From the NCBI GenBank assembly GCA_001938485.1, contig MQRK01251260.1:1-60179 (forward strand): a stretch of 60,179 bases of DNA, in the 5' to 3' direction. The translations under genes were made by a program, and so were the position numbers. The notes beneath the pieces were generated by a model, which worked only from the letters and a program-made list of their open reading frames with translations, made no database searches and was not told the origin of the DNA. Every line of letters starts with the position of its first letter. Position 1 is the stretch's first letter. Positions 13,229 to 23,939 of the stretch are shown here, piece after piece. The DNA comes from Girardia tigrina. Its lineage: Eukaryota.

Positions 13229-15268
13229 TCAATCAATTGACGAAAAATATTCACTGTCAGATAAGTTCACATCGATGAGTTCATTAATATCATCGTCAGA
13301 TGGGATGTCCAAGAAAGGGTTTTCGATCATTGCGGAAGCCGGATACGAGACAGGCGAGCGAGTAAGAGAGGTGAGAAGAATCTCTATATAATTCGATGAG
13401 ATTTCATCTGTGCTTCGATTAAGATCAACCTGCGACAAGGGTATGCGTGTAATTTGTGTCATTGTGATAAAATTTGTATCGTAGTCTCCATTGCGTGTTA
13501 ATTCTTTATTCGAGGCATCCCTATCGTTTATATATTCTTTGACTATAATCGATTCAGTGTCGTTTCCTTTTATTTCACTTAATAACGGAACCACATGAAC
13601 GTTTTTCTTAGTTGGAGTATTTGGTATTTTAAAATTAAAAGCTGAATCGTACTCATTATCACGGATGTATTGTTCGTCATCCTAATTTGACACGGGTGTT
13701 ACATCCTATGGTTGTTCACGAGGTTTATTTGGCATGTGGTATGAAGAAATTAATTCAATTTCATTTTCTAGTGGGCGTTTCCTTGGGCTGAGGCTATTAT
13801 TGATCATCCGTTCCTCAGGGGTTGGTGAGGGCGGTGAATTGGGAATATGTGTAAAGATATTATCGACATTCGTGGAAGATATTGTATCTTCCCAATATGA
13901 TTCGACTTTTTATAAATGTCTAACACTGCCGATACGTCCTCCTAGGCAATGTGATATCTGGATTGAATATCTCTTTGAAGGATATACCTAGACAGGGTTT
14001 TTAGTTTGTAGAAATCTCCCTTCCGTGGTACATTAAATTTCTTGAAGACGGGTGTTGCTGCTGTGTCCCTAATGCCTAAAAGGGATTCTACTGGCAATGC
14101 TAGTCCTCTGATTTCTATTTGCAAATAATGCCCTACCAATATATTCTCGAAGAGGTGGCGGTGGATTGCGTTTATTACTTCATACTCATCGGGTTGTCCT
14201 ATAACATCTGTTTCGGTTATACCGTGGCAACCAGTACATCATTCATCTATGTGTGCACGAGGCTTTGCTAGTGTATTCAAAAGGATTTCTCCATTATAAT
14301 CCATGATAACGACGGACTCCGCATGAAACATTTTATGATCATCCTAAACGAACTCTGCGTCAAGGAATTTTAGGTGACTTTGCATTTCCGTTATGGTCAG
14401 CACCTTCCTCAAAAAGGAAGCTCGTTGAGCGATTAATTTTTTCACTAATGCGCAGGTCCGACTGGATATATAAAATGAATTTCGTCTGAAATGGGTTAAT
14501 AGTGTTATTAAAGATAAAATATTCTATGGCGAATATGGCCAATCCTCGGGCTGGTAGTATTCGGACATCGTTTAGTTTTTCTTTTTCTACCGTATCCATA
14601 TTATCCAGGAATTGTATTTGTATGGACCTACGGACGGGTAAATTAAATTTTGATGTACCATCCCCGATAATGAGTGAGGAAGAGACTGCATGTATGGATA
14701 TTCCTATTACTCTAAAGTGCGGATTGTGTGAGGTTGTCGGAATATTTTCTCGATATACCCCCATAATGTCAGAAACACAGAATAATCTGGCATCGTTTAT
14801 TTTTACAACTCGCATACGCTTGATGAAATCATTATATACAAGTGTATTTGGGTATGTGTTTGGAGATGGGTATTCAGAGAAAATAATGGATTCTTTTCCT
14901 TTGAGGCCACGCTGAACTAATTTATGAAATGATGCCGCATATTGGAAAGGTCTTACTGTAAAATTAAATATCCTGGTGATGGTATTCACTATGATTTCAT
15001 CTGGATTCCAGTCCGACGGGAGGGGAATTTCTTCTACTGATAATGTTATTCGTCGTTGCTTGGCGAACTTACTTCGCTTTGCGTACTCAAGTTTTGCAAA
15101 GGGGGATATATGTTGCAACTCCTCGGTCACACGTCGATCTCGATCAAAGACATTTGAGTTCTCCATTTAGCGATGAATCACAGTTTCTCTTTGTAGAAAT
15201 CTGTTAAATGTTACAGACTGTTCATTTGCTCTGATAGGCAGAGCTGGTGCTGGATACTTCTCCTGCAT
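13229..15268 (-). pseudogene. disrupted ~680-aa cargo ORF: unknown N-terminal domain, DEDDh 3'-5' exonuclease (REX4/ISG20-like) and acidic/Pro-rich tail
   Basis: 14367-13907 reads FLDAEFV*..VVIMDYNGEILLNTLAKP..CHGITETDV..NILVGHYLQIEIRGL..IRDTA..YKLKTLSRYILQRDIQSRYHIA*EDVSAVLDIYK. It joins ORF 14360..15166 and ORF 13229..13594 through single frameshifts in A-runs. Confidence 0.8.
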
Positions 15269-15500
15269 TTTCTAGAGGAACTGATTTGAAATTGATTTCA
15301 TGTCTAAAATGAAAAAATATAAGTGAATTGTGTTCATTTCAACACAATAGAAAATAGAAATATAAAAAAATAAACAAATATATATGAGATTCAAAATCTC
15401 TATGCCAATACAGCATCTATATATGATTTTTATACATGTGTAGTATTTACGTACATCTCAGGCAGGTATTTCCCCAGGGATGTACGATACAAGTTTAAAG

Positions 15501-16596
15501 TCAAACGTTTCCTTTTGTATTTTTATATGTTTCTATGATTCCATATATTACAAGAAGTAAAAACAGAACAACACTTATACCAAGTAATAAAAATGGCCAG
15601 TGGTGATGCTCGTGTAAGTCATTATATATAACTGCTTTCGGTGTATGTTCCTCAAACGGTGCTTGTTTAAATGTTGCTGTATGTTCTGTAGTAGTTGTAA
15701 CTTGCCTTTTTGTGTTTGTTTCTTTAATGTAAGTCATCAATTTAGGAATTTCGTCCGAATATTCCTTTATCTGTACATCTTGATGTTGTGAATCGTCATA
15801 TTTTGTTAATTGTGGTTCCTGAAATTGTGCATTATAATATATTTTAATTTTCCAACGTTTAGTAGTTATTATTTTAGTGTGATATTGATTAAAATTATTT
15901 GTTGATATGTTCCAGCTCAATTGTATGATAGTTACCAGATCTGTTACGTAATAAAAAAAGAGATTCATAGTTGTATAATTTTGTTTATTATTTATCGGTA
16001 AATTATTTGTTTTATTGAACCCATATGTTATACATGTTTTGATACAAAATCTGAATTTATAAGGGTTTTGCCCAATTCTCATTGTAACATTATTGGGAAC
16101 TATCCAAATTACTATATTATCTTTTCTTAAAATCGTAGAAATTGTATGTGGGATAGTTACAGTTGGTGTAGTTGTTTGTTGCCTTTTAGAATCATTCGTG
16201 ACTTTTATAAAGTATATAGTATTGTATGATATTAATAACATTAAGCCTGGTTCTTTATGAGGCTTAAAATATCTTGTTACTTGTTTTTCGGTTTTATTCC
16301 ATGGATCGGAATTCCTCCATATATTAATTAGGATACTATACCGTAAGAGGTATATAAAATATGCTTTTAATCTTATTTGTTAGTTTGAAAGTTATACTCT
16401 CTACTCCATTATTTATTTTACATTCACTTAATGAACATATTTTAAATGAAAAGTAACTTATTTGAAGTGGATTTTCAAACTTTATTTGTCCTTCTGAAAC
16501 CTTTACGTGCATAGGACTACCATAGAAGCTAAATCCTTCCGACTTAACCCCTTTTATTAGATATTGTATTAGGAAAACAATAATTATATGTTTCAT
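15501..16596 (-). pseudogene. type I membrane glycoprotein (env-like/surface protein), one frameshift
   Basis: Signal-like MKHIIIVFLIQYLIKGVKS; several N-X-S/T sequons (NKT, NVT, NYT, NIS); Thr-rich stalks; TM WPFLLLGISVVLFLLLVIYGII; short basic tail. Confidence 0.7.
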
Positions 16597-16824
16597 TATT
16601 TTATATGGAAAATTTATTTTAGAATAATTTTTGTGACATATAACTGTATTACTTCTATTTAATATTTCCTTTTTGATTTGATCTTTGTTTATCAAATATA
16701 TTTGATGATCATGTTGTTGAAGCTCAAATAATACTATGGCCCTCTTTCCTTCTATCGAACTAATGTTATTATTTTGTATAATTTGTAATGTATTTCTTGT
16801 TATTTCTGATTTACTTTGCTCACC

Positions 16825-17190
16825 TTAATCGAATGTGGTTTTTCCTAAAGAATCTTGTATAGTTAAGTCTGAGTAGATTATAAGAGATTGTATTATGTTT
16901 TTGAAAGAATCCTGAAGTTGTATTGCATCTATTAATGCTGGTGAACCATTTTCATCTTGAGAATTTAGTAATCCTGGATATCTGCATATCTTATCTCGAA
17001 GCATCCTTTCTACATTGTGAAACTTCCGTCTACACAAAGCGACTTGAATCGGTGTTTGTTTTAACGAATTTTTTAACGCAAATAATTGTGGTTGTTTACA
17101 CATTACTTTTCTGAGTAATTTATCATCATAATGATTTCCGAGTGCATATTGGAATCCTATACCTTCTTGTAAGACAGAAATTGTTGCTTG
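16825..17190 (-). pseudogene. ankyrin-repeat protein fragment, reading frame open up to the LTR boundary
   Basis: KNSLKQTPIQVAL, LNSQDENGSPALIDAI, DLTIQDSLGKTTFD ankyrin-like motifs. Confidence 0.65.
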
Positions 17191-17930
17191 TGTTGAGGGA
17201 ATATTTTAAAATGTATAATATGTATTTAGTTATATTTTAATAATATTTTGATAATTGTTTAATTGTTTAAAATTGAAAACATAAACTGAAAATGTTTATG
17301 ATTTTAATCCTTTAAANNNNNNNNNNNNNNNNNNNNNNNNNNNNNNNNNNNNNNNNNNNNNNNNNNGTATAAAAGGTCAATATTAATTGGAGTTAATTAG
17401 AGTTAAAAGTTCGTTTGAAGATTTCTAAGTTCAATCTGAAAACAAATCTACCTCCAGCGTTGATTCTATATTAATTATTCAAAAACGATCACCTCCTGGA
17501 GTGTAAAGTATCGCTATAAATTAAGTGATCGAATTCGGATAAAAAAAAGAAACGAAGATTATTAAACCACACTGTTATAGTGCGATCTATATCAGCTCAT
17601 AGAGAAAAAAAGTAATTAATATAAAATGATTATTATTTAAAAACAATTATTAAAAGTTATTTAAAAATAATTATTATTAAAAAGTATATATCCTTTATAT
17701 AAACACACTGCAAAGTGTGAGACTAAACCTTAAAATATTTAGCTATTTCTGAGTTGTCGCTATAGGCTCTCAGACCAGAAATATAAAATCGGCCAGGGGC
17801 CAACCAAATATCACTCCTTACTTACAAATATCTTTTTTGTAATTAAATTGTAATACATAAATATATTTTGTAAAACAAAAACTATCGCACGTTCTTTAGT
17901 TATTTTAACAAACACATTAAACAATCAACA
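17191..17930 (+). repeat. 5' LTR of a Ty3/Gypsy element
   Basis: TGTTGA...TCAACA termini, TATA-like gtataaaagg, followed by a PBS. Confidence 0.85.
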
Positions 17931-17934
17931 AATT

Positions 17935-17952
17935 TGGTGCCCGACGTGGGGC
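17935..17952 (+). promoter_or_regulatory. primer-binding site, tRNA-Lys(CTT)
   Basis: TGGTGCCCGACGTGGGGC vs canonical Lys1,2 PBS TGGCGCCCAACGTGGGGC (2 mismatches). Confidence 0.85.
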
Positions 17953-18116
17953 AATACACATTTCAATATAATCAAAGAAAATAGACTTTATTGAATTTAA
18001 GTCACCTTTGTTGAGTTTTTCTAGTGTTTTTTTTCTTTTCTAAACTACAGTTTCAAACCAAATAAGAATACAACACGGAGTTAAGAACAATTAAAACAGA
18101 GGTTACACCAAACACA

Positions 18117-21100
18117 ATGAGTAAAAAAACAGGGCAAATAAGAATACAAAAATCATTAGATTTTCTCCCATTAGATAAATTTTCAGCTAAACAGGAAGAC
18201 TTTGACACATATTTTACAGAATCAAAAAACTATGCCATAGCATGCGGTTGGGAGGAATCAGATATGATTAAAAGACTCCCATTAATTTACAAGGTTACAC
18301 TTTTCAAGCATTTGAAACTATAAATAAAGAATTAACAGAAATTGATAAGGTAATAAAACAATTAAGAGAAATAGTTGTAATAGATTCAGAATTAAATAAA
18401 ATATACACTAGAGCATTCAGAAATCGTAAACAGATATCTAATCAAACAATAACAGAATATAGCTTCGCACTAAATAACATAAATTAGCGGATAAAGCCTT
18501 CGGAGAAAGGGCTAGAGTAGTATCAATTTGTTGGGTTTTATTAAAATTATCTTTAATCCCAATATTCACTTTTAGAACACAAATCTTAAATCTTTATCTT
18601 TAATCGTAAATCTCTATTCTTTATTCTTTAATCAATAATCTTTATTCAATAATTCGTAAATATTATTGAATATTTCAAAATAAATATTCAAATATTCATA
18701 TATATATTAAATATATTATATAAATAAATATATTAATATATTAAATATATAATTAAATATATTAATATATTTAATATTCAAATACTGCACAAATATTTAC
18801 TAAATGTATAAAAACATTTCAAATACATTCCAGAATCGTGCATATTGATAAATTGTTGTCTGTTGATTAAAATTTTTCTTTAAAATCAGAACAAAACATT
18901 TAAATTGATTCCAAATAGAATTTCATCAANNNNNNNNNNNNNNNNNNNNNNNNNNNNNNNNNNNNNNNNNNNNNNNNNNNNNNNNNNNNNNNNNNNNNNN
19001 NNNNNNTTTTCTTTAAAATCAGAACAAAACATTTAAATTGATTCCAAATAGAATTTCATCAACAGCACAATATTCCACATTTGCATGTAGAAGTATGCAT
19101 AATAATGAGAGAAAATAACAAAATCATTTCAAACATTTCTCTCATTAACATCTATAATCTGACTCCAATTATTCAGAAAGGGCTTCCAACATAAATATAT
19201 GAATAATGAACACAAATTCTTTGATGAAACTTTATTTCAAATAACAAATATTGTCAAGACAAAAATAATAATAATAATTCAATTCTTGGTGACAGTGTGA
19301 GGGATAATTGTGAATGTTGTAAGTTTGTTGTTTGTATGCTGTTTAGATTTGTGACTCTCCTATTCAGATGGGATTGATATGTTATTTGATTAATTATTTG
19401 AATCTAATGAAATTAATTTAATGATATTAAATTAAAGTACTAATTAATTAAAGTTTGATAATTATGAATTTTAATAATATTTTCAGTAAATGATTTTAAC
19501 TTATTAAATTTAATATATTTTAAAAATTAATGTTTAATGTTTTAAAAATTACATAATGTCTTTTTATCCAATAAAAATTATGAGAAATTAAAATGTAATA
19601 TTAAAATTTCCCCATTCATTATTTTTTTCATATTTAAATATTTAAGCAAAAACTATATCAATCAAAGAAAGATGACCACTGAAAATTGTTGTGAAGAATC
19701 TGTTTGTGTTGTAAATAAATGTTTGCATTCAAATTGTGATGTTGTTGTTGTTGATGTTAGTGTTAACAAAACACAAAACAATATTTCGAACGAGTTAATA
19801 GATTACAGTAAAAGCTGTTAATCTCCCAAAACGTACGATATTGAAATTTAAAACAAACCTTCTTCTCCCATACGGGGTACTTATGGTTTGTATGATTAAT
19901 ATTTTAATAAAATAAAAATAAAATAAGATTTTACGTTACTTGTTAACACGACTCCTCTTAGTTAGATTTCTTGTAATTATTTTTGGGGCAAACTAAAACT
20001 AGATTTGCTGTTGTTTATATAGTAATTTTCCTCAGCCTTGAAAATTGATGAGATAAAACAAAGAGTAAAATATTTATAATTTTTGATGAAGTAAAACAAA
20101 CATTTATAATTTTTAATTCCAAGTTTTGTTAAACTAAATATTACTTTGTTTGAAATTAATAATTTTACTAAAAGAATTATTTAAAAATTTTCCTTTATAA
20201 AATTTTATCAAAAGTGTTCACATATAATTTTCGAAACCCTAACAAATTGTTCAAGATCAGTTTTTAGAGAGTATACATGAGTATATAAAGAAACGCATTG
20301 GCATTAATTGATTATACAGACTATAATGATTTAGTGCAAAAAGCTCGATGTATCCGAAGCTCATAATATCGATAGAAATAATATTGAAATTTGTTCCACA
20401 GGTTCACAACATATTTTTAAGAAAAATGTAGATTCAAGGAACAGTCACCCTTCCGAAAAGAGGGAAGGTGGTGGTTTCTCGAATCGATTTAATAATAATA
20501 ATAATGGAAATGTAAGAAATGATGATGGAGTGGTGCGCAATAGTTTTAATAGAGACCGAGTAAATAATTATAGAGGAAATTATAGAGGCCAAAATAGTAA
20601 AAGAGGGGTAATAATTATAATAATAATAATAGAGGCAATATGAATAATAATAATTATCGAGGTTCAAGAAGCAATTATCGAGGAAATAACAATAATAATT
20701 ATCGGAATAATAATACTGGTTTTAATAAAAATAATGACAATAAAATAATAAGAGGACAAGTAAATCAGGAAGGAGAAATGAAATGTTTTATATGTCAAGG
20801 ATGGGGTAATCTGGCAAGGTCCTGGCCATCAAATATAAAATATTTTCCTCAGAGTACAAAGCGACCGATACATGGAGTAGAGGTCGAAGATATAGATAAA
20901 GTAGAAGATAAGGATGCTTCAAACTACATTCCAGTTGGAATGTTAGAATATAATGAAATAGAGGAATTACGAAAACAAATTTGAGAACAAAAAATTCAAA
21001 ATCAAAGATTAAGAGAATATTATGAAAACACAAATAAATCGGTCAAAACGATTATAGAAGTTGAACAACCTTTAGTCGGAATGATTGAGGAAGAAAACGG

Positions 21101-21930
21101 AATTTTAAACTATAAAATAGAATTATAGAAACTCATACAAGCAACTCGATTGGAGGAGGAAAAAATAAAAGATAGTTTGATAAAATTTAAAGAAGATAGT
21201 GCAGGGAAAGAAATTGAAATATTAATGCCTCTTTTAAGATAAGAAATGACAAGGATGTCTACATATCGAAAAGAATTAATGAATTTAATTGAAAAATATG
21301 GGCGATATATTGTAATAAATAAGGATCAACATAAGAGTCTAGAGTTATCAATAATAACAAATGAAGGAAATCCAGAGGATACAGAAATTCTAAGAATACA
21401 TAAATTGCATCCGTGTACTAAGATAAAAAAGATTATAAATAAAACGAAATTGGCATGGCCAAAGAGATTAGAAGAATCTGATGAAATTCAGTTATTTTAT
21501 AATAAAACAATGATGAACCCCTCTGAACATATCATCTGCTCAGGATTAGCATTTGACAAAGTAAATGTAATAAAAGCCATAGCAGTAATTAATAAAGCAC
21601 AGACAAAAGGAAAAACTATTCCACAATTTAATGTTGATATTGATGATATAAGAATAGATGAAGAATTTGATGATAGAACTCCAACAGCACCCATAGATCC
21701 AGCCTTAATGGTCTCAGATATAAATGAATAAAATATAACGGATAACTTTAGATATTTAATCACGCAAACAGCGGAAGCCGCAACCTCTACAAGAAGGCCA
21801 AAAGGAAGGCTAATGAAAATAGAAAACTTAAACATGGGTGAAACATGTAATTATAATAAAAATGCAAATTTTGCGTCATTCATTCGGTCCATGCAAAGAT
21901 TTCCCATTGATGAAGATGGATTAGATACCA
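18117..21930 (+). mobile_element. gag: Ty3/Gypsy extended gag pseudogene, interrupted by a solo LTR; pol absent
   Basis: KFSAKQEDFDTYF..AIACGWEESDMIKRLPL; VQDQFLES; N/R/G-rich tract; degenerate knuckle KCFICQGWGNLARSWP; long charged coiled-coil-like extension. Confidence 0.8.
18529..20244. mobile_element. solo LTR inserted in gag
   Basis: TGTTGGG...CCCTAACA termini; AATT TSD (18525-18528 and 20245-20248); removal restores gag RVVSIVQDQFLE. Confidence 0.8.
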
Positions 21931-22542
21931 CATAAATTATATATAAAGAATATTATATAAATTAAATTGTTTATAATTTTCACGTAAAAATTTTTTTTAA
22001 TGTCAACAATTCGTTTTTTTTACAATTATTTTTCAAGTTTTTTTACAGTTCAGTTTTTTCTTCTTTTTTTTGAATTTTCATCATCAGTAACGTTTTTTCT
22101 GTTAATTAACATTTTTGTGTAAACTTTTTCAAGCGTTTTAGGAACTCCGAAAGGGTCCGCGGACTTCATGTTAAGAAACATTGGTTTAGATTGATTAAGA
22201 CAAATAAGTTTTAACTTAATACTCATTAAGTTCTGAGCTTCTTATATGAGGAAGGTTTAGAGAGATGAAGAAGGATAGTTAAAAGAGCGATAAAGATGAG
22301 TAATCGAGTGGGGCTATAATGTTCCAAAAAAATAAATAAGTATCGAATCAAATAACGGAGATAGTAGCGTAAGGTTTGGTCTTTAGAAACTAATGTTGTT
22401 GTTTGAAAAGCTATTAACTATTTGATCGATTAGTTAGATCACAACTACCTTTGCTAGGAATGTGAGAAATAAAGATTAAATGAAATGTTTTGCATCGAAT
22501 AAATAAGTAAATAAAGTTATTTACAGGAATCATTTCCTTCAG

Positions 22543-23010
22543 AATAATTGTCGTCGGAGTGTACTCTCCTACTGACTGTGGATACAGTGACATGGAGAAA
22601 ACCACATTCTTTGGCTCTCTAAATACTGTGGTTGGAAAAGCAGAGACCGAAGCTTGGCAGTCCGAATGCATGTTGGTGGTGGGAGGAGACTTCAATTGCT
22701 ACATACACTTTGACGGAGAAAACCAAGTACCCAGCGCCGGAAAGTATGCACACAGTGCATACATGTCGGATAATGGGGAAAGGTTAGTATTACTAGCGGA
22801 AAAGAGAGAGTTATGAAGGTAATAAACTCTTTTTTCACCATAATGAGTGAAAAAGCACCAGCTGGATCCACCCGGCGACGAAGAGGAGGGAGCTACTGGA
22901 TTACTTTCTTGTACGTTCAGAAAATATGAGCAAATTCAAAAATCTACAATCTAAGCATCTTTATGACTGTGGATCCGATCACGATTGCGTAGTCATATCT
23001 AAAAACAAAA
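22543..23010 (+). mobile_element. non-LTR (RTE-like) APE endonuclease remnant
   Basis: VGVYSPT, VGGDFN, SDNGERL, SWIHP..LDYFLV, DCGSDH motifs. Confidence 0.8.
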
Positions 23011-23439
23011 GGATATAAGACAGCTAGTACGAAATGGAAACCGAAAAAAAATGTCTAAAAGCATTCAGAGAGATCTTGTAACTCGTGACCGCGACAATTT
23101 GTCATCCAAGCTTCAGTGAACTTTTGGGGAAGCAGGACCAGGATGGGAAAACACTATTTAGAAAAAGAGAAAATGCGCTGCACGTCACTCATCGCAGTGA
23201 GTACTGATCAATGTTTCCATTGAATTTGGCGATATCGTGAATGAATTGAACGGGGCCTCTAAATTGTGTGCCCGGGGCACTGGTCAACAGGACTCATTGG
23301 TAAAACAGATCACTCCGTGTGATGAAAGTGTCAACAAAGCAATTCATTCCCCCGCAAATCACAAGCCAAGTCAAATCAAAAAGCGATGTATTATTAAAAT
23401 TTACAATAGCAAATTTCTTCAAATTTATCTCCAAATGTG

Positions 23440-23939
23440 TCACCGTTCATAATTCACCAATTGTTGACCAACTAAATACCTGCATTATAAAACCGTCTCG
23501 TGTCAATTATCTTTCACCCAATCGTATATGCTTACCTCTCATTTTTAATATGTTCATAAAGCCGATACATTTGACGAAACTGAAACCATATAATAAGAAT
23601 CAATAATCCAAAAAAGAACATTGTAGGATATATTCTTCTGTATATATAGTGATCATCTAAAACTGAAAAAAAAGAAAAAAAATCTCACGAAAAGTAAAAA
23701 TAAAAAAGATTACAAAATAATGGAGCAATCGATCGTGAAAAAACAAACGGTCCAGTGATGGCCAATGTCACAAAGGCCACCAATGGTCCGGCTTGTTCAG
23801 TTAGATTTAACAGTCGTAGATTTTCTCGCCTGGCCAGTTCTTGTTCTATAATATCCAATCTTTCTCTGAACCACCATCGGGGACCGAAAAGGAGAATCAT
23901 TACCCAAATTTTCAAGTGCATCATTCCGAACATCCAATT
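23440..23939 (-). CDS. MARCHF6: MARCHF6 last three exons
   Basis: [16 protein letters not shown]; [15 protein letters not shown]|[12 protein letters not shown], stop at 23440-23442. Confidence 0.92.

Noticed and set aside
14502-15170. Plus-strand ORFs 14502..14915 and 14976..15170
   Set aside because: Antisense shadows of the minus-strand cargo ORF.
12297-17930. DIRS-type element suggested by inverted terminal repeats
   Set aside because: No tyrosine recombinase or RT; the PBS and gag are Ty3/Gypsy type.
18874-19061. Tandem repeat around the gap
   Set aside because: Identical sequence on both sides of an N gap indicates contig overlap.
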